Assembly: GCF_006345805.1 (NCBI RefSeq)
Contig: NC_043013.1
Coordinates: 8,246,001-8,310,000 of the forward strand
DNA: 64,000 nt
DNA from: Octopus sinensis
Lineage: Eukaryota
Direction: 5' to 3'
Shown piece after piece: positions 38,960-53,120 of this stretch (its first letter is position 1; each line of letters opens with the position of its first letter). The notes below the pieces were generated by a model. The model saw only the letters and a list, made by a program, of their open reading frames with translations. It searched no databases and was not told the DNA's origin. The translations under genes and the position numbers were made by a program.

Positions 38960-40460
38960 AATGGAGCAATAATAAACAATGAGAAGTTGATCATTGGTAT
39001 TAAAAGGTCTTAGTTTAATTGTAGTTCAGAACCATTTACAGCTGTTTCTGTTTATCAAATCGAAGTAAATTTTCATCTATCTCGATCCATTTAACAAACA
39101 TCATCAGAATGATTTAGATGAATTTTAATAGGAGAAAAAGGGAAATGAAAGGAAAAAGAAAAGGCAAAAGAAAAAGGAAAAAGTTCGTTAAGTATTCAGG
39201 CTTACGTTTTAGTGACTTTTTAGGTTCCACATGTATGTATGTTTCTTCAATTAGATGAAGTGGAGAAATGACTAGTTGACCAGCAGTGTTAGTTGAAGGT
39301 GTTATACCTGGTGGAGATATCCGGTGTTGGTAATTGTCATATGTAACACTGTTAGTGACTGCTAGGTCAGTCCCTATGATTACAAATAATGCCATTGTTA
39401 AAAACTAAGGATGCTTTTTAAAAGTTAGAACGACATAATGTATGTATATGGGCCACGTAAAGGAATAATGAAAAAAGCAAAGGGTAAAATATAACGTGTT
39501 ATGTGAGTCAGCAATCTAGCTTTAAAGTGAATATATTATAGAGGATTATATACCCTGGTGTACAGCATAGAATTTTAAATAGATAGTTTGGTTAATCGGG
39601 GTAATTTAATTTGAAATTGTGATGTGATGTTAAATTCTGCTCTATGGTAAGTGAAATGGTTAGGGGAGGTAATAAGATGCTAGGCAGGTTAGCTAGTAAC
39701 CTGTTATGTGTGTATTAACAGTATTTAGAGAATAAGAATTTATCTTTATGCATACATGTTGTATTTTTCTCATCTCGCTTATTAAGTAATTCTGATTTGG
39801 CTATTAAAATGAAGAATTTCTCATTTATGCATAAATTACAGTGATTATTATTAGGATTATATGAAGATGTTTTGGTTAGGATACACCATTCTAATCTATA
39901 ATTAATGTTTTTGTCTTTCAGTTCTCAGATGTAACTATTTAGTCCAGCTGAGTTCACTTTACTTCTGTTTCTGAAACATTGAGCTATGGGAATTATATCT
40001 AAGTTTCATTTCATTTTTAGTTGCTCCAATATAAGTTTTCTTGTAATTATATGAGAGTGCATTACACTGGTAGATTATGTTTTTAGCTTTACATTTATTT
40101 AAGAATTCACAAGTATTTTTATCTCCACAGCCACATAGATTAGTAAGATTATCTGTGCCTCTGATATGCGGGGGGATTATTGTTTAAAAGGTGGTTGTCT
40201 GTAATTTTAAGGGTGAGTTATTTGGTGGATCACTTATATCAAGCGAGTGGTTGTTGTGGTTTTTATTGTTATTCTTCCTAATTTCATAGAAGGCATCGAG
40301 ATTTTTATTGTTGATAGAGGCTATAATAGTAGCTAGGTTGCTAGTTAGACTGTGGCCTACTCTAATTTTATTGCTAAAGATATCTCACTATTTGTTATTC
40401 ATATTGAAGTGCTTTTTATAAGTCTCATTATAGATTTAGCTATATTGGCTTTATGGTTGC
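38960..40460 (-). mobile_element. Penelope-like element 3' part: degenerate GIY-YIG ORF end (about 39740-40460) plus 3' UTR/pLTR with hammerhead ribozyme
   Basis: Manual minus-strand translation (stops, frameshift): DIFSNKIRVGHSLTSNLATII...CKAKNIIYQCNALSYNYKKTYIGATKNEMKLRYNSH...LNSYI*ELK...LEWCILTKTSSYNPNNNHCNLCINEKFFIL...LLNKRDEKNTTCMHKDKF. Hammerhead motif downstream at 39030-39114. Confidence 0.85.
39030..39114 (-). ncRNA. Type I hammerhead ribozyme, intact core
   Basis: Minus strand: AAUCAUU CUGAUGA UGUUUGUUAAAU..loop..AUUUGAUAAACA GAAAC AGCU GUA AAUGGUU. 7-bp stem I, 12-bp stem II, palindromic stem III (ACAGCUGU), GUA cleavage triplet. Confidence 0.85.
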
Positions 40461-40478
40461 ATCAACACAAAGGATATA

Positions 40479-40521
<43 letters not shown>

Positions 40522-40539
40522 ATATATATATGATATAAA

Positions 40540-40571
<32 letters not shown>

Positions 40572-40612
40572 ATATATATATATATATATTATATATTATA
40601 CATTATATATAT

Positions 40613-41045
40613 AGGCGCAGGAGTGGCTGTGTGGTAAGTAGCTAGCTTACCAACCCATGGGTCTGGGTTCAGTTCCACTGCGTGGCATCTCGGGCAAGTG
40701 CCTTCTGCTATAGCCTCGGGCTGACCAATGGATTTGGTAGACGGAAACTGAAAGAAGACTGTCGTATATATGTATATATATATATAACGGGAAGCTTTAT
40801 GAAATAGACAAAAGACGAAGGCAGGTTTATGTTTGTGTGTCTGTGTTTGTCCACCTAGCATCGCTTGACAAACGATGCTGGTGTGTTTATGTCCCCGTCA
40901 CTTAGCAGTTCGGCAAAAAGAGACTGATAGAATAAGTACTGGGCTTAGAAAAGAATAAGTCCCGGGGTCGATTTGTTCGACTAAAGGCGGTGCTCCAGCA
41001 TGGCCGCAGTCAAATGACTGAAACAAGTAAAAGAGTAAAAAAGAG
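40613..41045 (+). mobile_element. SINE family A, full length, with a short foreign fragment in its (TA)n
   Basis: Family A; insert at about 40786-40826. Confidence 0.9.
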
Positions 41046-41062
41046 AGATACATATATATATA

Positions 41063-41385
41063 TCATCATCATCATCGTTTAGCGTCCGTTTTCCATGCTG
41101 GCATGGGTTGGACGGTGCGACTGGGGTCTGGGAAGCCAGAAGGCTGCACCAGGCTCAGTCTGATCTCGCAATGTTTCTACGGCTGGATGCCCTTTCTAAC
41201 GCCAACCACTCCGTGAGTGTAGTGGGTGCATTTTACGTGCCACTGGCATGGAGGCCAGGCCTGGCTGGCAAACGGTCATGATCGGATGGTGTTTTTACGT
41301 GCCACCGGCACGGAGGCCAGGCGAGGCTGGCAAACGGCTACGATCGGATGGTGCTTTTTACGTGCCACTGGCACGGAGGCCAGGT
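41063..41385 (-). mobile_element. RTE LINE 3' UTR/tail copy with internal subrepeats of about 63 bp
   Basis: Same tail; three tandem ttttacgtgccac.ggcacggaggccagg units. Confidence 0.85.
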
Positions 41386-41386
41386 G

Positions 41387-41457
<71 letters not shown>

Positions 41458-41498
41458 TTATATATATGTATTTATATATATATGTATATATATATATG

Positions 41499-41546
<48 letters not shown>

Positions 41547-41623
41547 CACATATATATGTATGTATATATACACACACATGTATATATATACATACATATG
41601 TACACATATATATTTATATATAC

Positions 41624-41656
<33 letters not shown>

Positions 41657-42349
41657 CACACACTCACACACATACTAGCACATGCACATACAACCACACA
41701 TATAAAGATACACACATATATCCTCTATCAGGATGCTCGTGATAGCATGTGGAAATAACACGGTCTGCCCATCAACAGTTATTGACTTAACCTTCATGGG
41801 TTGAGTAGCTTGTGGGCTTAATCCAGTTGTAGATCACATTCGTATATACATATATATACATATATATATATATATATGAATTGGCATGTTTGCTTACTTA
41901 ACATTCATGTTGCCTCCATGTATCCTCCATTAATGTGTTACCAACCTAACGTTAATGTAGGTTAGTAAATCCTCTCTCGCTCTGTTAAACTTGCTATTAA
42001 TTTAATACAGGAATAAAACCTTTCTGACTCTTTTACCTTCTCCTATCTCTCTCTCTCTCTCTTTCTGTCTGTCTGTCTGTGTGTGTCTCTCTCTCTTCTT
42101 TGCTCTTTTGCTCTCTCTCTCTCTCTCTCTTCTCTTTCGTTTTTCTTTTTTTTTTCTTTTCGGCTTACTTAATCCTTATGTCTAATATATAATATATTAT
42201 ATCCTTCATCGATATGTTGTTGATTTAATCCTCATGAAGGTGATAAGTCTTTAGTCAATATGCGAATACGTGACCGAAAGGAAGATGATTAGTGAGAGAG
42301 AAGTGCATAGAGATAGAGGGGAAGAGAGAGGGAGAGATAAAAAGAATGG

Positions 42350-42386
<37 letters not shown>

Positions 42387-42525
42387 CTGGGAGGAAGGTT
42401 TTATCCTCAGTGAGGCTTCAGCTGTCAGTAATGTACATACACATATACACACATCTGTGTGTGTGTATGTGTATATGTGTATGTGTATATGTATATATAT
42501 ACATATGTATATATATATATATATG

Positions 42526-42582
<57 letters not shown>

Positions 42583-43207
42583 ATATATATATATGTATGT
42601 GTATATATATATATACATATATATATATATGTATATGCAGATATATATATACATATATATATATATATGTATATATATACACACATATATATTATATATG
42701 ATAATACTATATATATATATATATGTGTGCATACTATGCTTACATGTACACACATGCATACACCCACACATACACACAAGTATGTTTTGTGTGGGGTGAG
42801 AGAGAGAGACTTCTTTAAAATGTGTTATTTAAAACATGTCTATTCTTTTACTGGTTTCGGGCGTCTTCAAGTTTCAATTTTATTTTCTTTGAATTTAAAA
42901 TTTTTATTAACTCCGAAGCAACTCAAGAAATCTTTGCAGACCTTTCCTAGATCGGTGACGTCACATTCCTTTTGAATACTAAACAAGTTGCTTAGCATGC
43001 AGAGCAAGGAGGGATTTATTCCAGAGGGATTACATTCTGTGGGGGTTGTGTGGTTAATCCAGACCTGGGGTCGTCAACACAATATGGCTGACAACAAGGA
43101 AAGAGACAAGTGAACAAGGACTACATGGGAAGAAGTGACACAAAACTAGTTAGCCCTAATGAACAGAAGCCATTGTAGTATCTGTAGAAAAGACAGAGTG
43201 TAGATAC

Positions 43208-43693
43208 ATCATCATCATCATCATCATCATCGTTTAATGTCCGCTTTCCATGCTAGCATGGGTTGGACAGTTCGACTGGGGTTTGGGAAGCCAGGAGGCT
43301 GCATCAAGCCCAGTCTGATTTGGCAGTGTTTCTACAGCTCAATGCCCTTCCTAATGCCAACCACTCCGTGAGTGTAATGGGTGCTTTTTACGTGCCACCG
43401 GCACAGGTGCCAGATGAGGCTGGCAAACGGCCACGATTGGTTAGTGCTTTTACGTGCCACCAGCACTGAGGCCAGTCAGGGCAGTGCTGGCAATGGCCAC
43501 ATTCTGATGGTTCTCTTATGTGCCACTGGCACTGGTATCGCAACTACAATTTCCATTGATTTTTGAGCGATTTCGATTCTGATTTCACTTGCCTCAACAG
43601 GTCTTCGCAAGCAGAGTTTTGTGTCCCAAGAAGGAAAAGTATGCATAAGTGGGCTGGCTACATCCCAGGTAGAGGCCACAGGTTATAGCCTCA
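43208..43693 (-). mobile_element. RTE LINE 3' UTR/tail copy
   Basis: Same tail; shares gatttcacttgcctcaacaggtcttcgcaagcag with the 12402-12842 copy. Confidence 0.85.
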
Positions 43694-45319
43694 AAGAAGT
43701 TGAGGCATACTGGTGAACAACTGGAAGCAATCAATGGAGTGGTCATTTGTTTTTTGTTCAATGTAAGATGTGTGTGTATTTAGTAACAGTTTTATGATGC
43801 AGGAGTTGTATGCCATTGTCAGCATCACCTAAGTTTTGTAGAAAGTTTACAAGTCTTGTAGGGTGGGGAAACTATTTTACACACACACACACACACACAG
43901 ATATATATAGCTGCAGGAATGGCTGTGTGGTAAGAAGCTTGCTTCCCAACCTCATGGTTCCAAGTTCAGTCCCACTGCGTGGCACCTTGGGTAAGCATCT
44001 TTTACTATAGCCTTGAGCAAACCAGAGCCTTGTGAGCGGATTTGGTAGACCGAAACTGAAAGAAGCCTGTTGTATATATATATATATATATGTGTATGTA
44101 TGTATGTATAATTGAATATAAATTCCTTAGTTACTATAATTTATTAGTTTCTTTTGCATATTCTTAGTTTATGCATATGTATGCAAATATAGTATTGGTA
44201 TATCCCATTTATGTTCATTAGAAATTAAATAAATAAAGAATTTTGACATGTACAAATATTCATTTCCCCCACTGTACTCTTAGATATACTGTTGAATAAA
44301 AGATGGGATGACTAGCTCTTGATCCTTCCCTTTAGTATTTCATATGTGAGGCTCAACCATGTTTTAGTTATGGGTCCTTTAGATTCCTCTTTTTCTCAGA
44401 TGGACCCTAAGAGCCATTCAGTGCTTAAAAAATTCTATTATATATTTGGAATTAAATTTAATTAGGAATTGTATAAAATAAATTGTTAGAATATTTGGTG
44501 TATTGTAGAAGTATATAGCCAATTCCTGGCACATAATTCTAAACAAATAAATCTTATATGAATCCCCCAAGGGTCATATGGACTACAGTTAAGAACCACA
44601 TCTCTAAATCTTAAGCTCTGATTTCACCACCTTTTTTTTTATATATTCACTGGTTTTTATTCAACAACAGACACATTCTGCTGTTAGTACTTGGCTATTT
44701 TTCATGGAGCAGGTGTTTATATAAATTGTATGTTTAAAAGAAATATTGTAGAATTAATTAGTAGCACAGATTGAAACGTATCGTTAATGCTACCTACTGA
44801 TTATCTTGTAAACAGTCATGGGGTCACATCTTATTTGTTATTATACAAAACACACAAATAATATTCATCATTCAATCACATATTATTATTTTTCTTTTTC
44901 TACTTTCATTCGGAATATCATGAACCCAATTTTATAGACAGTTAATGCAAGAGAAGTTTATCTATTGTCAAGTTGTGGTGTTTTAAAATAGACAATAGAA
45001 GATTTCGTGGTAAAATGTTAAACTTGAGTGGATTACTGTCAGTTTATTGACGTATTGTTCTAATCTTTTAGCTTTTATTTTTTTCGCTTCTTTCACTCAT
45101 TAAACTGTGGCCATGCTGGGGTACCACCTTGAAGGGTTTTAGTCAAACATATCAACCCCAGTACTTAAAATTTTTTTCCCTAAGCCTGGTACTCGTTCTA
45201 TCAGTTTCTTTTTTTTTTTTTTTGGCAAACTGTTGAGTTACAAGGATGTAAACAAACCATCACCAGTTGTTAGTGGTGACGAGAGGCAAGCGCAAAAATA
45301 CACACACGCAGATATATTC

Positions 45320-45400
45320 TTATATATATTATATATATATATATATATTATATATATATATATATATTATATATATATATATATATTATATATATATGTA

Positions 45401-45456
<56 letters not shown>

Positions 45457-45500
45457 ATATCTATATATATATATATATAATATATATATATGTATATATG

Positions 45501-45555
<55 letters not shown>

Positions 45556-45573
45556 TATATATATAATATATAT

Positions 45574-45648
<75 letters not shown>
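45320..45648. repeat. (TA)n microsatellite
   Basis: About 330 bp; one of many long TA tracts (e.g. 5170-5410, 23655-23862, 36370-36725, 41386-41660, 42470-42725, 61833-61980). Confidence 0.95.
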
Positions 45649-45650
<2 letters not shown>

Positions 45651-45861
45651 GCGCAGGCATGGTTGTGTGGTAAGAAGCTTGCTTCCGGTTTACTGTGATT
45701 CATTTGTTTCATTGGATTTGTGTCAGATAGATGTGTTTTTTGGGCTGTGCAAAGAGTACTATACTGTATATTTTTAAAATTATTTTTATAATTTGTATAT
45801 ATTTATTTTATAATGTATGCAAAAAAAAAAACCGCCACAGAGGACTCAACATAAGCTTAAA

Positions 45862-45958
45862 TATTGGGTTGTCGGAAAGTTCGTGCCAATTTATAGTAGC
45901 TTAACTTTTGACTTATTTTAGAACATGGTTGAGTCCATAAAATAGGACCCCTCACTCA
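45862..45958 (-). mobile_element. Possible mariner 3' end remnant
   Basis: tattgggttgtcggaaag TIR-like start; the minus strand reads SEGSYFMDSTMF*, like a transposase C-terminus. Confidence 0.4.
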
Positions 45959-46643
45959 ATATATATATATTCGGATTATTTTCTGTTTGAGAGCAATCGG
46001 GTTCATTTTTAGTATTCTTGTTTGTGAGAGCAGTCGATTTTATTTCAGATATTCTCATTTTAAAAATCATCTCTGGCTAATCATTGAGAAGAGGTTGGTG
46101 TTGCCCTGGCAGAGGTTTGCACTCTCTGAGTGCTGATTTGTCTATGTTCCCATTACAGCCCTTCTTTTTGTTTTATACATTTTCACCTCTCTCCTTTACC
46201 TCCCACCCATGCTCACCACCACTGTATGCCCCGCCCCTCCATTCTCCCTCATGTACCTACCAGCGCCCAATATGTCCTTGCTGAATCTCTTCTTCCACAA
46301 ACATACCCTCCTACCATTCTCCTCCCTCTACTACTCCCTGCTCGTTATACCCCTGTCCCCACCTGTAGTTCCCATTCTCTTTTGACGGTCTTGTACACTC
46401 ACCCCACCCACTCACCCTCTCCAATCCCCAATTTACTTCACTAGGTACACCTACCTCAAACTCTGTTGAGGTCAACTTTGCCTTTCACCCTTTTCAGGGA
46501 TCGATCAAATAAGTACCATTTGAGCCCTGGGGTCAATGTAATCAACTTACCCCTTCCCCCAAACTTACTGCCCTTGCATCAAAACTCAAAACCAATATAT
46601 ACACTGCCCTGTACCTTGGGTGTATGGCCCCCTGCCTCCTCTC

Positions 46644-46876
46644 TTATTTCTTCATTGTCCACAAGGGGCTGAACATAGAGGGTACAAACAAGGACAGAGA
46701 AAGGGATTAAGTCAATTACATCGACCCCAGTGCGTAACTGGTACTTGATTTATCGACCCTGAAAGGATGAAAGGCAAAGTCGACCTCTCGGAATTTGAAC
46801 CCAGAACATAACGGCAGACAAAATACCACTAAGCATTTCGCCCGGCATGCTAACATTTCTGCCAGCTCACTGCCTC
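46644..46876 (-). mobile_element. SINE family B
   Basis: Reverse complement of family B. Other copies near 252, 6190, 17860, 20295, 20561, 27215, 27463, 27740, 29920, 30781, 31017, 33667, 46463, 51450, 62797. Confidence 0.88.
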
Positions 46877-49623
46877 CTCTCAGTCACATCTTCACCATCT
46901 CTCTCTCTCTCTTTCTCCTAATGCAAAATACCATTTCCTGTCTCTCGGTACTATATCCACCACCCACTCATCTAGTTGCCGAGTGTTGACCTGCAAGAAA
47001 CTTGGTGACCTCACTGCTGCTGGTGCCACGTAAAAGGGACCTGGAATACTCTGTAAAGTGGTTAGCATTAAAAACAGGCATCCAGCCAAAGAGACCTTGC
47101 CAAAGCAGACTGCAGGGATTTGTGCAGTCTTCTGAGTTGCCAATTCCTGTCAAACCATCCAGCCCATGCCTGCATGGAAAACAGACATGAATTATTGATA
47201 ATGATGGTGATGATGGTGATGGTGATGGTGATGATGATGATATTTTCCTGTTGTTCTCATAACTTGTCCTTTTTATCATTCTGTCTACAGACCATATTTT
47301 GTTTTGTCCTTGTCTCATTTTGTTCTTCATGTTTGCTCATTTATATTCCAGCAATTGATACGGTGTCAAAACTGTAACAAATTTTGGTCGATAGCTGATG
47401 AGGGATGAGCACATCCCTGTTCTATGTGTGTTTTCCCATTTTTCTGTATGTTCCTTCGTCATCTTTCTGTGAAGCATTTTATCACACATATACATACATA
47501 CATACATACATACATACATACATACATCGCCATCATTATTTAACATCCATTGTCCAAGCTGGTATGGGTTGGATGGTTTGACCAGAGCTGGCAAGCTAAG
47601 GGTCTGCACCAGACTTCCAGTTTGATTTGGTATGGTTTCTATGGCTGGATGCTCTTCCTAATGGCAACCACTTTACATGGTCTGCTGGGTGCTTTTATGT
47701 GGCACTGCATGGGCGCTTTAATGTGGCACCACATGGGCACTTTTATATGGTACTACACAAGTGCTTTTCACCACCAGAGGGGCCGGTCTTAATGTACTAA
47801 CTGTATATAGGTATATATATTTACACATATGCATGAATCATCATCATCATCATCATCGTTTAACTATATATATAGGCGGTACTGGCAATAACCTCGCTTG
47901 AATCCTTTACACATGCCACCAGCACAGGTGCCAGTAAGGCGACTTTGGTAACGATCACGCTCAAATGGTGCCCTATTACGTGCCACTGGCACGGAAGCCA
48001 GTTGGCTGCTCTGGCAACGATCATACTCGGATGGTGCTCTTGGCTCCCTACTAGCACGGGCACAAGTGCCAGTAAGGCAACGCTGGTAATGATCACGCTC
48101 GAATGGTGCCCTTCAAGTGCCACTGGCACGATAGATAGATATGTGTGTGAGAATGTCTGGGTATATATTTATATGCCTTTAAATACATACAAACATATAT
48201 CTACATGCACACATACACATACATATATGCCCACCCACAACTACATCTACCCGTACACACACATGTCTGTGTATCACATGAAATTTTAGTTTTATCATTT
48301 TTTTTTGCATAATAAGCATATCTGTATACTCTACACCACGTATTGAGTTCTATATGAAATAATTCTTGCACTATGCTTAATATATATCCATGTACATTGT
48401 ACATTAAGATGTGTGTATGTGTGTGTGTGTGTGTGTAAGGTATTTTCTTGTTCTTCAATAGCGGTAGATTCTCCATTATCAATTGTCTGAATTTTATGAT
48501 TTAGTTGTGTGAGTTTTAACAGTCTTTGAGATAAAATTATAAGAACTTGTTTGACTTTGGCATTTATTCCATCTCTTGTACTCCCACACGTTCACCAACA
48601 CACTAACACCACCCCACCCACATACACACATAGTCTTAGCTTGCATATATATTTTGATATTTATAAATATATCTACATAAGTGAGTGGGTGTCAGTGTAT
48701 ACAAATGGAATACAATAGACAAATATATGTGTATACATATGTGTATATATATGTTTTTATAGATGTACTTTTATAAATCTATATTTTGATGTATGCAGAC
48801 ATAAATGTGTGTGTGTTTGTACATATGTATATGTATATATACTTATATATACATACAAATATGTGTGTATATATATGTGTGTATATATGTGTGTGTATGT
48901 ATGTGTGTGTATAAAGCTTTACATGTATGCAATACATACATAACATACACATAAGCATATGTATACACACACATATATATATATATAAATATATATACAT
49001 AGAGAGAGAGAGAGAGAGGAGAGAGACAGGGAAAGAGAGAGATGTATAAACATATGTGTATATATATATACATATACACATACATATATAATATATATGT
49101 CTATATATATATATGTATCTATATCTCTCTATCTCTCTTTCTCTCTCTCACTCTCTCTCTCTCTATACATATATATATAGAGAGGGAGATGTATAAACAT
49201 ATGTATATGTGTATATATATATATACATACATATGTATATAATATATATGTCTATATGTATCTCTCTCTCTCTATATATATATATATGTGTGTGTGTCTG
49301 TGTGTGTGTGTATATATGTACACACACACACACACACACATATATTTATGTATGTATACATGCATGTATATATTTATATATAGTCACCTTTATTAGTATG
49401 AAACCATTGCAAGACATGCTGGTGCTGCACCCAAACAATCTCCCAATCTTCACCCCACCACCAACACCAACACCACCCATAAAGCAATAATGGACAATGA
49501 ACAGTATGGTCATGTTTTCTCATATACAGACACATATATATATATATATTATATATTATATATAATATATATATACATACATGCTTACATATGTGTATTT
49601 ATGTGTGTATATATGTATGTGTA

Positions 49624-49678
<55 letters not shown>

Positions 49679-49751
49679 CATATATATTATATGTGTGTAT
49701 ATATATATGTATATATATGTGATGTTTTTCTTTTTTCGTTTAATCTAATAG

Positions 49752-49853
49752 CTTCATTTTGCCTGCTTTTAATCAAATTGATTGTGACTGTATCGTATTG
49801 TTGTATGGCAAAGTTATTAGCCTTGACTCTGCTGTTATTCTGTCTATTGAACG
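49752..49853 (+). CDS. Candidate alternative DGK exon (in-frame hydrophobic cassette, or alternative start MAKLLALTLLLFCLLN from ATG 49805)
   Basis: Polypyrimidine tract + ctaatag acceptor and ACG|gtaaag donor. 102 nt, phase 1-1, stop-free in the DGK frame. Unique sequence between microsatellites. Confidence 0.45.
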
Positions 49854-50002
49854 GTAAAGAAAAGACCGGGAGGTGGAAGGGATACCAGAAGAGGGAGAGG
49901 AGGAGGAGGAGGAGGAACGGGAATGGGAATGGAAAAATAATTGCTTTCACTGACTTAACCAATGTACCATTATTATTATCATTATTATTATCATTATTAT
50001 TA

Positions 50003-50042
<40 letters not shown>

Positions 50043-50223
50043 CATTATTATTATTATTATCATTATTATTATTATTATTATTATTATTGTTATTGATTAT
50101 TATTATAACTATTATTATTATTATTATCATTATTGTTGTTGTTGTTGTTGTTTTTGTTGTTGTTATCCACATCATCTTCATCATCATCGTTATGATTGTT
50201 GTTCTTGTTATTGCTAATATTTA

Positions 50224-50268
<45 letters not shown>

Positions 50269-50380
50269 GTAATAATAATAACAACAATAACGATAGTGAT
50301 GTTGATGTTGTTGTGTAAAGTCATTTAGTCTTTCTTCAGCTTCCCATCTTTGTTACATCTTCTACTGAAATATAAATGAA

Positions 50381-50415
<35 letters not shown>

Positions 50416-50596
50416 AGGAGGGGGGTAATAGGATAGCTTTCTGTACGTCTGGTTGTCTGTCTGTCTATCTGTCTCTTTCTTTCTGTACACACACACACAC
50501 ATACACACAGACACATACACACACACACACACACACACATACACTACATGTGTATCTCTCTTTCTTTCGCTCTCCTCATATGTTTATGTATATGTT

Positions 50597-50633
<37 letters not shown>

Positions 50634-50739
50634 ATATACTTGTGTGTGTGTTAGACAGAATAAAAATGAGAGTGAGAGAATAGGATTTCTAATACAACAC
50701 ATGATAAGCAATTGCAATAACAAAGATAATATTATTATT

Positions 50740-50779
<40 letters not shown>

Positions 50780-50961
50780 TTTATGATAATAATAATATTT
50801 ATGATAATAATGATGATGATCATCATCATCATTTAGCATCCGCTTTCCATGCTAGCATGGGTTGGATGGTTCAACTGGGGTCTGTGAAGCCAGAAGGCTG
50901 CATCAGGCCCAGTTTGATCTGGCAATGTTTCTACGGCTGGATGCCCTTCCTAATGCCAACC

Positions 50962-51035
50962 AATGATAATAACAATAATAATAATAATAATAATAATAAT
51001 GATAATAACCAATGATAATAACAATAATAATAATA

Positions 51036-51093
<58 letters not shown>

Positions 51094-51239
51094 TAATAAC
51101 CAATGATAATAACAATAATAATAATAATAGTAATAATAATAATAATAATAATAATAGAATAATAATATAATAGTAATAATAATAATAATGATAATAACCT
51201 GATAATAACCATAATAATAATAATAGTAATAATAATATA

Positions 51240-51277
<38 letters not shown>

Positions 51278-51280
51278 GTA

Positions 51281-51314
<34 letters not shown>

Positions 51315-51383
51315 TAATAACCAATGATAATAACAATAATAATAATAATAGTAATAATAATAATAAAAATAATAATAATAATA

Positions 51384-51435
<52 letters not shown>

Positions 51436-51437
51436 TA
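50962..51437. repeat. (AAT)n microsatellite with higher-order unit
   Basis: aatgataataaccaatgataataac recurs between AAT runs. Confidence 0.9.
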
Positions 51438-51997
51438 TTCATGATTGATCTCAAATTCCACCGATGTTGATCTTGCTTTTCATTCTTTCTGGGTTGATAA
51501 AATAAGTACCAGCTGAATGCTGGGGGCATGGTCAACGTTATTGTCCCTTAATCCCCTTATCAGAAACTGCTGGCCTTGTGCCAAAATTTGAAACTAATAT
51601 TAACAATGACTATGATGATGAGGATGAGGATGATGCAGAGGAGGAGGAGGAGGAGGAGGAAGTGAAGGATTATGGTAAATGATGTTAAAGTTGGTGATAG
51701 ATCACTTACTTCCTATCTTCACCCACCACCACCTTCCATGCACACACTCTCTCCCATCCTCTCTCTTTCTTTCTCTCCCTTCCCCTCTCTATATCCCTCT
51801 CTCTGTCTCTCTCTGTCATTCTCTGTCTGTCTGTCTGTCTCTCTTTTTCACCATCTCTAAATCTCTCCAAATCTCTATCCCAGCAACTTCTATATTTTTT
51901 TTTTTTATGTTTTGTTTATTTTTCTACCCGCCCCCCCGCACTTTATCATTATTATCTTTTTTTCTTTTTAAACATCATGCAAACTATTCTTCATTGC

Positions 51998-52051
<54 letters not shown>

Positions 52052-52279
52052 TTTCGTCGTCATCATCATTGTTTTCGTCGTCGTCATCATTACAGCCAAC
52101 ATCGTGACCACCACCACCAACACCACCATCATTGTCATCATCCTCATCACCGTCATCACTACCAATATTGCTACCTTCCCCAACATCATCACCATCACCA
52201 TCGTCATCATCATCATCGTCATCATCTTTAGAATCACATTTGTTCGAATGGATTCCATAGCACCACTATCATTACTACC

Positions 52280-52311
<32 letters not shown>

Positions 52312-53120
52312 CAACAACAACACTACACAAGACCACCACTACCATCAACAAGAAAGAGAACACCAACAAAACCATTACAGCCAAACCCCACCACCACCAC
52401 TACCACCACCACCACCGCCACCACCACCACCGCCACCGTCACCACTATGGCTGCTGCTGCTGCTGCTTACACCAGAGCTGTGGCCAGTACCCTGTAGCAG
52501 CAGCAGCAGCAGCAGTAGCAGCAATGATATTCTCACTGCTAAGGACAGTATCAGTTACCATTGATATCCTTCGTTACTTAGCATCGGTGGTGTATCACAT
52601 TTATGGCTGCTGCTGCTGCTGCGGCTACTACTGCTGCTACTACTGCTATCCATGGCCAACATTGATATCATTGGCATTGGCCAGCATCTCCATAGTCTCC
52701 AGCTATCTCTTTATATCACTTTTCATTACCATAACAACCACTATAACCACTGGTTTGTCGTCATCATCATCATCATCATCATCGTTGTCGTCATCATCAT
52801 GGGGCCTGTAATATCAATGTGCTGTTAGCACATGACCATCAAGGCTACTATTGCCAACACCATCACCACTATCATCATCATCATCGTCATCATCATCATG
52901 GACATTGTTGTTGCCATTGTTGGTTAACATCATCATCTTCATATTCATCGTTATCATTATCATCATCGTCATCACCTCATCATCATCATCACAGAGCCCA
53001 GTACAATCAATATGCTATTATTACAAAGCTACCATTCCCAATATCATTATCATCAACATCATCATCATCATCATCACTATCATCATCATTGTCATCATCC
53101 TCATCATCATCATCACCACT
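51998..53120. repeat. Low-complexity trinucleotide field (CAT/CAC/AAC/CTG/CAG)
   Basis: Direct reading; the His/Ser/Thr-rich ORFs here are artefacts. Confidence 0.85.
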
